In this document: piece by piece, positions 8,941 through 17,376 of the stretch
Position numbering within the stretch: position 1 is the first letter of the stretch
How the letters are laid out: the number at the start of each line of letters is the position of its first letter
From: Rhodobacterales bacterium
GTDB lineage: Bacteria; Pseudomonadota; Alphaproteobacteria; Rhodobacterales; Rhodobacteraceae
Direction: 5' to 3'
Assembly (NCBI GenBank): GCA_013298485.1
Contig: JAAFHS010000002.1
Location: 1-26,277, forward strand
Length of the DNA stretch: 26,277 nucleotides
Program-made: the position numbers and the translations under genes
The notes under the pieces: model-generated
Told to the model about the DNA's origin: nothing
Seen by the model: the letters and a program-made list of their open reading frames with translations, nothing else
The model's database searches: none

Positions 8941-11391
8941 TCACATCTTCACACGCAGATTGGCGGAATCGTAGAGCGGGGCCAGATGCACCCGTGCCGC
9001 GACCCGCGTCGATGCCACCTCCAGCGCATAGGTGCCGCCCGTGATGAAATCCGGCGTCACGCCACCCACGTGGCGGATATAGCCGAGGCCAATAGGCTTG
9101 CCGATGGTATGGCCATAGCCGCCGGATGACAGCCAACCAACCCGCTGACCATCGCGGTAGATCGTCTCGCGCCCCAGGAGGACGACATCCGGATCATCCA
9201 CGGTGAAAGCGGCGAGGCGTTTCTTCACCCCGCCTGCCAGTTGTGCGGCAATCGCGTCGCGCCCAAGGAACGGCAGGCCCGATTTCATCTTGACCGCCCA
9301 TCCCAGACCCGCCTCGACCGGGGTATGATCCGGGCCGATGTCTGCCCCCCATGCGCGATAGCCCTTTTCAAGCCGAAGCGTTTCAATCGCGCGGTAGCCT
9401 GCGTTGACAAGGCCAAGGTCGGCCCCCGCCTGCATCAGTGCCGCGTAGACCGTCACGGCCATATCGGTGGGAAGATGCAGCTCCCACCCCAGTTCGCCGA
9501 CATAGGTGACGCGCAGGGCCAGCAACGGGCAGCCTGCGATGCTGATGTTGCGGGCGGTGGCAAAGGGGAAGGCATCATTGGTCAGGTCATCAGGGCACGC
9601 GCGCGACAGGATCGTGCGGGCGTTCGGCCCCATCAGCGATAGAACGGATGAGGCAGAGGTGACATCGGTCAGTTGCGCATTGGCACCAACGGGTATGTTG
9701 CGCGCGATCCAGTCGAAATCATGGGTGGCAAAGCCGGTGCCGGTGACCATGTAGAAGGAATCATGGGCGGTGCGGACAACGGTCAGATCGCATTCGATGC
9801 CGCCCCTGGCGTTCAGCATCTGCGTGTAGGTCAGGCTGCCCACGGGGCGGTCAATGTTTCCGGCGGCGATCCATGACAGCGCACGGGCGGCATCGGGGCC
9901 TTTCAGGATGAACTTGGCAAAGCTGGTCTGGTCGATCAGCACCGCCGCGTTACGGGCGGCGTGGTGTTCACGCGCAACCGCATCGAACCAGCCGGGGCGG
10001 CCGTAGGAATAGCGGTCAACCGGGTCTTCACCATTGGCCGCAAACCAGTTGGGGCGTTCCCAGCCCAGCTTTTCACCGAAACAGGCCCCTGCCGCCTGCA
10101 GATGCGCGTAAAGCGGCGAGCGGCGGGTGGGGCGCATGGAACGCATCTCCTCCCCCGGCCAGGCGATGGTGTAATGTTTGCCATAAGCCTCCGCCGTGCG
10201 GGTACGGACCCAGTCGGTGCTGCGATGCACAGCACCAAAGCGGCGGATGTCGACGGGCCACAGATCAAACGGGGCGGCCCCCTGCACGACCCATTCAGCC
10301 AGCGCCATCCCGGCCCCGCCACCCGAGGCGATGCCAAAGGCGTTGAAGCCTGCGCCCACGAACAGATTGCGCAGTTCCGGTGCCTCACCCAGGATGAAAT
10401 TGCCGTCGGGGGTAAAGCTTTCCGGGCCGTTGATCAGCTGCTTGACGCCCGCGTGTTCCAAAGCGGGGACGCGGGCAATCGCATCCTCCATGAATTGGCT
10501 GTAATGGTCGAAATCTGAGGTCAGCAGTTCGAAATGGAAGCCTTCGGGGATACCCTTCGTCTTCGTGGCCCAGGGTTTGGGGTTCGGCTCATACCCGCCC
10601 CAGACCAGACCGCCGACCTCCTCTTTCCAGTAAGTCAGCCTGTCCGGGTCGCGCAATGTGGGCAGGGTGGACGTGACACCCGGAATGGCTTCGGTGACCA
10701 TGTACTGATGTTCGACCGATACCAGCGGCACATTGACGCCCACGGTGGCGGCCAGGGTTCGGGTCCATTGACCCGCACAGAGAATGACCTTTTCGCACTG
10801 GATGGTGCCATCCGGCGTTTCGACCCCGGTGATGCGGCCTGCGTCCACAATGATGCGGGTCACTGGCGTATCTTCGAAGATTTTCACCCCCGCCATCCGG
10901 GCCCCCTTGGCGAGGCTTTGCGTGATGTCAGACGGGTTCGCCTGCCCGTCGGTCGGAAGGTAAGCCGCACCCACCAGATCGTCGATGGTCATCAGGGGCC
11001 ACAGGTCCTGCGCCTCTTTCGGGGTCAGCAGGTGCATTTCAAGGCCGAAGGAATGCGCGGTGGTGGCCTGGCGTTTCACTTCCGTCCAGCGTTCGGCATT
11101 GCAGGCAAGGCGCAGTCCGCCGTTCATCTTCCAGCCGGTGTTCAGGCCCGTTTCGGATTCCAGCCGCTTATACAGATCAACCGAATAGCCCAGCAATTGC
11201 GTGATGTTGGCGGATGTTCTTAACTGACCCACCAGCCCTGCAGCGTGGAAAGTGGTTCCGGAGGTGAGTTTCTTGCGTTCCAATAGGACAGTATCGGTCC
11301 AGCCAAGCTTTCCGAGGTGATAGGCGACAGAGCAACCGATGATGCCACCGCCGATGATGACGGCGCGGGCGGTGGTGGGCAGGTCGGACAT
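8941..11391 (-). CDS. GcvT-family FAD-dependent oxidoreductase (dimethylglycine/sarcosine dehydrogenase-like)
   Basis: Rossmann motif VIIGGGIIG, SGTTFHAAG, INGPESFTPDG, GEKLGWERPNWF, YVGELGWELH, LRLEKGYRAWG; 816 aa. Start set at MSDLPTTARAV (11391). Confidence 0.92.
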   Translation of the reverse strand: MSDLPTTARAVIIGGGIIGCSVAYHLGKLGWTDTVLLERKKLTSGTTFHAAGLVGQLRTSANITQLLGYSVDLYKRLESETGLNTGWKMNGGLRLACNAERWTEVKRQATTAHSFGLEMHLLTPKEAQDLWPLMTIDDLVGAAYLPTDGQANPSDITQSLAKGARMAGVKIFEDTPVTRIIVDAGRITGVETPDGTIQCEKVILCAGQWTRTLAATVGVNVPLVSVEHQYMVTEAIPGVTSTLPTLRDPDRLTYWKEEVGGLVWGGYEPNPKPWATKTKGIPEGFHFELLTSDFDHYSQFMEDAIARVPALEHAGVKQLINGPESFTPDGNFILGEAPELRNLFVGAGFNAFGIASGGGAGMALAEWVVQGAAPFDLWPVDIRRFGAVHRSTDWVRTRTAEAYGKHYTIAWPGEEMRSMRPTRRSPLYAHLQAAGACFGEKLGWERPNWFAANGEDPVDRYSYGRPGWFDAVAREHHAARNAAVLIDQTSFAKFILKGPDAARALSWIAAGNIDRPVGSLTYTQMLNARGGIECDLTVVRTAHDSFYMVTGTGFATHDFDWIARNIPVGANAQLTDVTSASSVLSLMGPNARTILSRACPDDLTNDAFPFATARNISIAGCPLLALRVTYVGELGWELHLPTDMAVTVYAALMQAGADLGLVNAGYRAIETLRLEKGYRAWGADIGPDHTPVEAGLGWAVKMKSGLPFLGRDAIAAQLAGGVKKRLAAFTVDDPDVVLLGRETIYRDGQRVGWLSSGGYGHTIGKPIGLGYIRHVGGVTPDFITGGTYALEVASTRVAARVHLAPLYDSANLRVKM

Positions 11392-11401
11392 GGGGGCTCT
11401 C

Positions 11402-12265
11402 TTACGGATGGCGGAAGGCGTCGAACGCCGCGCGGTAGGTGGCAAGGTTGGTGGTGGTATAGGCGGCAAAGTCAACAGGCAGATCGGAATGCACTTCCTG
11501 CACCATGGACCACATCGCCTCACGCAATGCACTCGCGGCTTTCATCGCGCGGTAGCGGTGCCAGAGGGCGGCACTGGGGGGGCGATTGAAGTAAGTGCGC
11601 AGCATGCGGGATTCCTGTGCATGGGTGAGGCCCGCATTGGCGATGGCACCGAGATCGAAGAGGGAAGAGTTGAAGCCCGCATATTCCCAATCAATCAGCC
11701 ACATGCGGGTGCCATCATGCAGGAAGTTGGCGGGCAGAAGGTCATTATGGCCAAAGACAAGGTCGACGGGGCCGACCTCGGCCTCCAGTTCCGCCGCATC
11801 GGCCAGCAGGTCATCGGTCAGATGCCGGCTGCCGCCATCGCGCAGGGTGGCGGCATAGTCGCGCAAGGTGTGAAAGACCCAGAACAGGGGGGCAGGCCCG
11901 CGCAGATGGCGGGGGATATCACGGTGCGTGCGGGTGATGATGTCGAGGGCGGCATCAAGCTGGGCGTCATCGCACAGATCGGCGGCGGTCAGGGTGCGGG
12001 CGGTGATGAAATCAATCACCAGCACACCATCGGCATGATAGCGGACGGCGGGCGAGATGCCTGCGGCATGGGCGGCACGCGATGCGGCCAGTTCGGTGGC
12101 GCGGAAGATGTGATGCACGGGGATGTCGCCGCCGATGCGGACGACGGATTTGCCGCGCGCATCGGTGACCACGAAATTCTGGTTGGTGATGCCGCCGGGC
12201 AAGGGGGCCACTTGCGGCGTCCCGCGCCAGATGGGCAGCGCCTTTACGCGATCCGTCGGTGTCAT
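11402..12265 (-). CDS. Choline/ethanolamine kinase-like phosphotransferase (APH superfamily)
   Basis: LPGGITNQNF loop, Brenner motif GHNDLLPANFL and LIDWEYAG motif; 10 bp upstream of the GcvT-family gene. Confidence 0.88.
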   Translation of the reverse strand: MTPTDRVKALPIWRGTPQVAPLPGGITNQNFVVTDARGKSVVRIGGDIPVHHIFRATELAASRAAHAAGISPAVRYHADGVLVIDFITARTLTAADLCDDAQLDAALDIITRTHRDIPRHLRGPAPLFWVFHTLRDYAATLRDGGSRHLTDDLLADAAELEAEVGPVDLVFGHNDLLPANFLHDGTRMWLIDWEYAGFNSSLFDLGAIANAGLTHAQESRMLRTYFNRPPSAALWHRYRAMKAASALREAMWSMVQEVHSDLPVDFAAYTTTNLATYRAAFDAFRHP

Positions 12266-12269
12266 GATC

Positions 12270-12303
12270 CCCCCGTCTGCAGCAGCAAAGCGGCAAACGG
12301 GGG
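12270..12303 (-). promoter_or_regulatory. 11-bp stem-loop covering the kinase ribosome-binding site
   Basis: mRNA CCCCCGUUUGC (12303-12293) pairs with GCAGACGGGGG (12280-12270), with one G.U pair. The 3' arm ends 4 nt before the AUG. Confidence 0.55.
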
Positions 12304-12316
12304 CTTTGTCAAAGGA

Positions 12317-13939
12317 TCAGGCGGTGACCAGATGTTCAAACAGGCGGGCGACGCCTTCGGCACCGGGATCGTTATGGCCGGAGAGTTTGTCTTCGGACAG
12401 ATAGCTGGCGCGCCCGGCCTTGGCCTTTGTCATTTTCGCGGTGGCGTCGGCCCCGCTGCGCGCGGCGCGGGCGGCGGCATCGATACCGCCCGACAGGGCG
12501 GCAAGGGCGGGGGCCAATGCATCGATCATGGTGCGGTGGCCGGGTTCGGCCCCGCCCACCTGCATCACGCGCTGCAGGCCCGCCTGCAATGCGGCGATCC
12601 AGCTTTTGCCCGACGCACTGGCATCGCCCGCAGCGGCAAAGAAGATGGCCAGCAGCACGCCGGACGAGCCGCCCATGGTCTGGCTAAGCTCATTACCGAT
12701 GGCGCGGTAGGCTTGGGTGATGTCGGCCAGCGGCAGGGCATCCAGCGCCTTGACCAGCGCGCGAGCGGCGGTTGCGAGGGTTGATCCGGTATCGCCGTCG
12801 CCGGATTTCGCATCGAGGGCGTTCAGGTCGCGTTCCGCAGCAATCAGGGCCGCACAGCACCGCTCGATCAGTGCGCGCCGTCCGGGATGGGCCGAGGCCA
12901 GCGCCCTGATCGGGGCCAACCCATCCGGCAGGGGTTTGATGGGGATCGCCACCAGGCCCTGCAGGCCAGGCCAGGCGGACGGGGCCACGGGGGCAGCAAG
13001 CGCGGTTACTTCGGTGGGCGTGACGGGCAACAGCGAGACGGAAAAGCCCTGCATATCCAGCGATGTCATCAGGGCTGCAGGCCCGATTATCCATTTCAGA
13101 TGCGGACCAAGGGGGGAGCGGGCCAACTCTTCGGCCAGCACCGACATTTCAAGCGGGGTCGCGCCGCCAAGGTTGTTCAGAAGCGCGACATTGTCCGCAC
13201 CACTGACATGGGGCAGTAGTTTATCAACGACCATGGCCATGGCGGCGCGGGCCCCGGTGAAGTCGACCTGCTGCACGCCCGCCTCGCCATGGATGCCAAG
13301 GCCAAGTTCGGCCTTGCCGTCACTGATGCGGTCTTCCTTGGGGCTGCCGGGGACGGTGCAGGTATCCAGCGACATGCCGATGCTGACGGCGCCCGCGATC
13401 ACCTTCTGCGCAGCCCCGGTCACGGCATCAAGGTCGGCCCCGGCCTCGGCCATCGCCCCTGCGATCTTGTGCACAAAAAGCGTGCCCGCAACGCCCCGCG
13501 CCTGCGGCAGATGCGGCAGGGCGATATCGTCATCGACGATCACCATGCTGACCTTCAGCCCGAAAGCACGGGCGCGTTCGGCAGCAAGGCCGAAATTCAA
13601 CCGGTCGCCCGTGTAGTTCTTGACGATCAAGAGGCACCCCGCCTTGCCGGTGACGGCCAGAATGCCCGCGAGCACGGCATCGACTGAGGGGCTGGCAAAC
13701 ACCTCGCCGCACACCGCCGCCGTCAGCATGCCCTGGCCTACAAAGCCCGCGTGGCTGGGTTCATGCCCGGACCCGCCACCCGAGACGAGGGCGACGCGTG
13801 ATTTGTCCCAGTCGGTCCGCAGGACGACCTTGATATGCGGATAGCCATCCAGCCGCGCCAGACGCCCGCCCGATGTGCGGATCAAGCCATCAATCGCCTC
13901 GGTCACGAGGGTTTCTTTAGCATTGATGAATTGCTTCAT
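12317..13939 (-). CDS. dhaK: Dihydroxyacetone kinase, fused DhaK-DhaL (ATP-dependent type)
   Basis: SGGGSGHEP, VCGEVFASP, VKNYTGDRLNFG, LGLGIHGEAG and, in the L domain, LDAKSGDGDTG, GGSSG, RTMIDAL. Confidence 0.92.
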   Translation of the reverse strand: MKQFINAKETLVTEAIDGLIRTSGGRLARLDGYPHIKVVLRTDWDKSRVALVSGGGSGHEPSHAGFVGQGMLTAAVCGEVFASPSVDAVLAGILAVTGKAGCLLIVKNYTGDRLNFGLAAERARAFGLKVSMVIVDDDIALPHLPQARGVAGTLFVHKIAGAMAEAGADLDAVTGAAQKVIAGAVSIGMSLDTCTVPGSPKEDRISDGKAELGLGIHGEAGVQQVDFTGARAAMAMVVDKLLPHVSGADNVALLNNLGGATPLEMSVLAEELARSPLGPHLKWIIGPAALMTSLDMQGFSVSLLPVTPTEVTALAAPVAPSAWPGLQGLVAIPIKPLPDGLAPIRALASAHPGRRALIERCCAALIAAERDLNALDAKSGDGDTGSTLATAARALVKALDALPLADITQAYRAIGNELSQTMGGSSGVLLAIFFAAAGDASASGKSWIAALQAGLQRVMQVGGAEPGHRTMIDALAPALAALSGGIDAAARAARSGADATAKMTKAKAGRASYLSEDKLSGHNDPGAEGVARLFEHLVTA

Positions 13940-13963
13940 GATCAGCTCCTTACGCGGTGTTGT

Positions 13964-14959
13964 TCAGGCGATGCGCTGGCCCGCCGCGTCAAACCACAAG
14001 GGGTTTGCAGGGCGGATGTGTACGGTTTCGCCGGCGCTGTGACTTGTGTGTGCGTCGGTCAGGGTGATGAGGTCATGGCTGCCCATCACAAGATGCAGAC
14101 GGGTCTGATCGCCCAGACGTTCCACGCGGCGGATCGTGGCCGCCTGCCCGTCCCCAACAGCGATATGTTCGGGCCGCAGACCGATATGTGCGGCAGTTTG
14201 GGGGGCCTGCCCAAAGGCGGTCGCGGGCAGGATATTGATGCGCGGCTGGCCCAGACGGGTGGCGACATAGATGTTGTGCGGGTTGTCATAGATGTCACGC
14301 GGCGTACCGAATTGCACAAGACGCCCGGCATCCAGCACACCGACATGGGTGGCCATCGTCATCGCCTCGATCTGATCATGGGTCACATACAGGAATGTGG
14401 CCCCCATTTCGGCATGGATGCGTTTCAGCTCGATCCTGAGTTCGGCACGCAGTTTTGCATCCAGCGACGACAGGGGTTCATCCATCAGGTAGATGCGCGG
14501 ATTGCGCACGAGGGCGCGCCCGATCGAGACGCGCTGCATCTCGCCCCCCGACAGCTGAGTCGCCTTGTTATCCAATTTATGCGATATCCGAAGAACGCCC
14601 GCGACTGCATTGATTTGTCTGTCAATTTCAGCTTCCGGCAGATTCAGAACTGGGCTGCGCAGCGGGAAAGCAAGGTTGTCACGCACCGACATATGCGGGT
14701 ACAGCGAGTATTGCTGGAACACCATTGCAACATCGCGCTGCGCGGGTGTATCGCCCAGCACGCTGGCCCCGGCGATCTGCACATCCCCTGCATCAGGGCG
14801 GTCAAGCCCGGCGATCAAGCGCAAGGTGGTGGTCTTGCCCGCCCCGGTGGGGCCGAGGAGCACGACGAATGCGCCATCGGGGATGGTCATTGTCACGTCC
14901 GACAGCGCCTTGGTCGCACCGAAGGACTTTGACAGATTGGACAGCCGGACCTCAGCCAT
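13964..14959 (-). CDS. Sugar ABC ATP-binding protein (MalK-like), second ATPase
   Basis: GPTGAGKT, LSGGEMQR, YLMDEP, VTHDQIEAM. Start set at MAEVRL (14959), overlapping the upstream ATPase stop. Confidence 0.92.
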   Translation of the reverse strand: MAEVRLSNLSKSFGATKALSDVTMTIPDGAFVVLLGPTGAGKTTTLRLIAGLDRPDAGDVQIAGASVLGDTPAQRDVAMVFQQYSLYPHMSVRDNLAFPLRSPVLNLPEAEIDRQINAVAGVLRISHKLDNKATQLSGGEMQRVSIGRALVRNPRIYLMDEPLSSLDAKLRAELRIELKRIHAEMGATFLYVTHDQIEAMTMATHVGVLDAGRLVQFGTPRDIYDNPHNIYVATRLGQPRINILPATAFGQAPQTAAHIGLRPEHIAVGDGQAATIRRVERLGDQTRLHLVMGSHDLITLTDAHTSHSAGETVHIRPANPLWFDAAGQRIA

Positions 14960-16049
14960 GCAGCACCCGTGCGTTTGCGGCGCTGCGCAGCGCGCGGCCC
15001 GTGATTTCGTCAAAGATCGAGATTGTCGCAGGGTTGAACTCCAGCCCCACAACCTCTCCCAGTTTCGCCACCTGACCCGATGGCACGCGGGCCTTCAGAC
15101 TGCCGCAGGATGACGACAGGGTGATGATCTGCGTGGTACCAAGGTATTCGGACGCCTCGATTTTCCCCCGGTAGGCACCTGAATCGGTCAGGCGCACATG
15201 TTCGGGGCGGACGCCAAACACGCGGGGGCCGGGGGCAGCATCGGCCTGAATTTCAGGGGTGCGCATGGTGACGCCGCCCAGAGAGACGGTCGTGTCCCCT
15301 GCCCTGACGGCCCCGTCATAGCGCAGGAAATTCATCGACGGCGAACCGATGAAATCGGCGACAAACAGGGTTGCGGGATGATCGTAGATGTCCTGCGGCA
15401 CACCGAACTGTTCGACGACGCCGTGGTTCATCACCACGATCTTGTCGCCCATCTGCATCGCCTCCAGCTGATCATGCGTCACATAGACGGTGGTGGCCCC
15501 CATCCGGTCATGCAGGGCGCGCAGTTCCTCGGACATGTGTTCGCGGAATTCGGCATCGAGTGCGCCCAAGGGTTCATCCATCATGAAGGCCTTGGGGTCG
15601 CGTACGATGGCGCGGCCAAGGGCGACGCGCTGGCGGTCACCGCCGGACAGGCCGCCGACGGGTTTGTCAAGGATGGACTCAATGCCCAGAATGCGCGCAA
15701 CCTCGGCCACCTTGGTCTTGACCTGGGCGGGTGGAAGCCCTTGGGAGACAAGGGGATAGCTGATGTTGCGACGCACGTTCATATGCGGATAAAGGGCGAA
15801 CATCTGGAACACGAAGGCGATGTCACGCTGGCTGGCAGGCTTTTGGCTGACCTCTTCGCCGTCAATGAAAATCTCGCCTGCGGTGGGCAGTTCCAACCCC
15901 GCGATCATGCGCAATGTGGTGGTCTTGCCGCAGCCCGAAGGGCCGAGCAACATGAAGAATTCGCCGTCACCAATGGTGAATGAGGAATCCTGCACGGCAG
16001 TAAAGGCCCCGAATTCCTTGCGCAGATTGCGGATGATGATTTCGGCCAC
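14952..16049 (-). CDS. Sugar ABC ATP-binding protein (MalK-like), first ATPase
   Basis: GPSGCGKT, LSGGDRQR, FMMDEP, VTHDQLEAM; GTG start with GGAG RBS. Confidence 0.92.
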   Translation of the reverse strand: MAEIIIRNLRKEFGAFTAVQDSSFTIGDGEFFMLLGPSGCGKTTTLRMIAGLELPTAGEIFIDGEEVSQKPASQRDIAFVFQMFALYPHMNVRRNISYPLVSQGLPPAQVKTKVAEVARILGIESILDKPVGGLSGGDRQRVALGRAIVRDPKAFMMDEPLGALDAEFREHMSEELRALHDRMGATTVYVTHDQLEAMQMGDKIVVMNHGVVEQFGVPQDIYDHPATLFVADFIGSPSMNFLRYDGAVRAGDTTVSLGGVTMRTPEIQADAAPGPRVFGVRPEHVRLTDSGAYRGKIEASEYLGTTQIITLSSSCGSLKARVPSGQVAKLGEVVGLEFNPATISIFDEITGRALRSAANARVLHG

Positions 16050-16053
16050 GAGG

Positions 16054-16242
16054 CTACTCCGGGAAATGGCTGGTGATGATGAACATCACGGTGCCGATCA
16101 GGGTGACAATGAAGCTGTAGGTGAAGGCCCAGAGGACGAAGGGCTGCATCAGCATCAGCACGCCAAGGCCGATCAGGACGCTGGCCAGATTTTCCCATGG
16201 GCCGCGGCGCAGGCGAAGAAGGCCGGACAGAAAGTTTGTCAT
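16054..16242 (-). CDS. Small hydrophobic membrane protein (62 aa) inside the ABC operon
   Basis: Two predicted hydrophobic segments; 4-bp ATGA overlap with the upstream permease and a 4-bp gap to the downstream ATPase, filling the space exactly. Confidence 0.75.
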   Translation of the reverse strand: MTNFLSGLLRLRRGPWENLASVLIGLGVLMLMQPFVLWAFTYSFIVTLIGTVMFIITSHFPE

Positions 16243-17180
16243 TTGCGCACCGCCCCGAATGTGATCCCGCGCAACAGGTGTTTGCGCAACAGGATGGTGA
16301 AAATCATGACCGGCAGCAGGAACAGCGTGACGCCTGCCCCCACGGCGGGCCAGTCCTGCCCGCCGACCCCGATGATGGTGGGGATGAACGGCGGGGCGGT
16401 CTGGGCCGTGCCGGAGGTGAGCAGCACGGCGAAGGCATATTCGTTCCAGGCGAAAATCAGACAGAAGATCGCGGTGGAGGCGATGCCGGTGGCGGCCTGT
16501 GGCAGCACGACTTTGCGGAAGGCCTGAAAGCGGGTGTAGCCGTCGATCAGGGCGGCCTCTTCATATTCACGGGGGATCTCGTCGATGAAGCCTTTCAGCA
16601 GCCAGACGGCAAGGCTGATGTTGACGCCGGTATAGAGCAGGATCATGCCGAGATGCGTGTCCGACAGGCCAAGGCTGCGGTACATGAGGAAAATCGGGAT
16701 GGCGACAGCAATGGGCGGCATCATCCGGGTGGAGAGGATGAAGAACAGAAGGTCGTCCTTCAGCGGCACGCGAAAGCGGCTGAAGGCATAGGCGGCGAGC
16801 GTGCCGAGGATGATCGACAGCGCGGTGGAGCCGAAGCCGATGATGACGGAATTCAGGAACCGCTCGCCGAACTTGGACGGCCCGACGATGACCATGTCGC
16901 GGTCGCGAACGATCTGGTCGTACCAGGTTTCCGGCGGCGGCAGGGCGGCAAGGTCATCGGCGGCGATGCGCGAGCGGGTGGTGAACAGGTTCACATAGCC
17001 TTCCATTGAGGGCGAGAAGATCACCTTCGGGGGATAGCTGATGCTGTCAGGCGGAGTCTTGAAGCCGGTCAGTACGATCCAGACAAGCGGCAGCAGGGTG
17101 ATCAGCGCGTAAAGCACGACGATGCTGCCTGCGACCCATTTGGCGCGCAGCGTGGGTTCGGTGATGGAATAAGCGCTCAT
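16239..17180 (-). CDS. Carbohydrate ABC permease (CUT1, MalG-like)
   Basis: Hydrophobic helices; FIDEIPREYEEAALIDG EAA motif; FAWNEYAFA. Confidence 0.92.
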   Translation of the reverse strand: MSAYSITEPTLRAKWVAGSIVVLYALITLLPLVWIVLTGFKTPPDSISYPPKVIFSPSMEGYVNLFTTRSRIAADDLAALPPPETWYDQIVRDRDMVIVGPSKFGERFLNSVIIGFGSTALSIILGTLAAYAFSRFRVPLKDDLLFFILSTRMMPPIAVAIPIFLMYRSLGLSDTHLGMILLYTGVNISLAVWLLKGFIDEIPREYEEAALIDGYTRFQAFRKVVLPQAATGIASTAIFCLIFAWNEYAFAVLLTSGTAQTAPPFIPTIIGVGGQDWPAVGAGVTLFLLPVMIFTILLRKHLLRGITFGAVRK

Positions 17181-17224
17181 GCTGCGGCCCCGATTGTCTG
17201 GTGATGATCAAAGGTCTCGGGTTG

Positions 17225-17350
17225 GCCCCCCCCACCCCATCCTTCCCCCACAGAGGGGGGAGGGAGGTTCTCTGTTCTATCAATATTGGCACCACACAGG
17301 TCCGGGGTGCCTCCCCTCCCCCTCGTGGGGACGGGTTGGGGGTGGGGGGC
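17225..17350. repeat. Inverted doublet of C/G-rich palindromic REP-like units (REPIN/MITE-like) inside an operon
   Basis: Left unit GCCCCCCCCACCCCATCCTTCCCCCACAGAGGGGGGAGGGAGG is an imperfect reverse complement of right unit CCTCCCCTCCCCCTCGTGGGGACGGGTTGGGGGTGGGGGGC. Each unit is itself a hairpin; spacer about 40 bp. Confidence 0.7.
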
Positions 17351-17376
17351 GACGCAAGAGATGAAGGGGATCGTCA

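Noticed and set aside
11392-11532. Pro/Cys-rich N-terminal extension on the GcvT ORF, and similar extensions on the ATPase, binding protein, LacI, DUF192, pdxH and LysE ORFs
   Set aside because: These come from the first-start rule in the ORF track. They overlap upstream genes, and better starts with an RBS or ATGA coupling lie downstream.
11339-12784. Long plus-strand ORF (481 aa) and similar long opposite-strand ORFs, e.g. 1208..2170, 7811..8752, 13835..14932, 20065..21069, 21014..22282, 24702..25526
   Set aside because: Each lies antisense to a well-supported gene and has no recognisable motifs. Such shadow ORFs are expected in high-GC coding DNA.
12317-13939. DhaK as part of a DHA-based formaldehyde fixation route linked to the C1 genes
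   Set aside because: No DHA synthase/transketolase or related gene in the window; the position after a sugar importer is adequately explained by catabolism.
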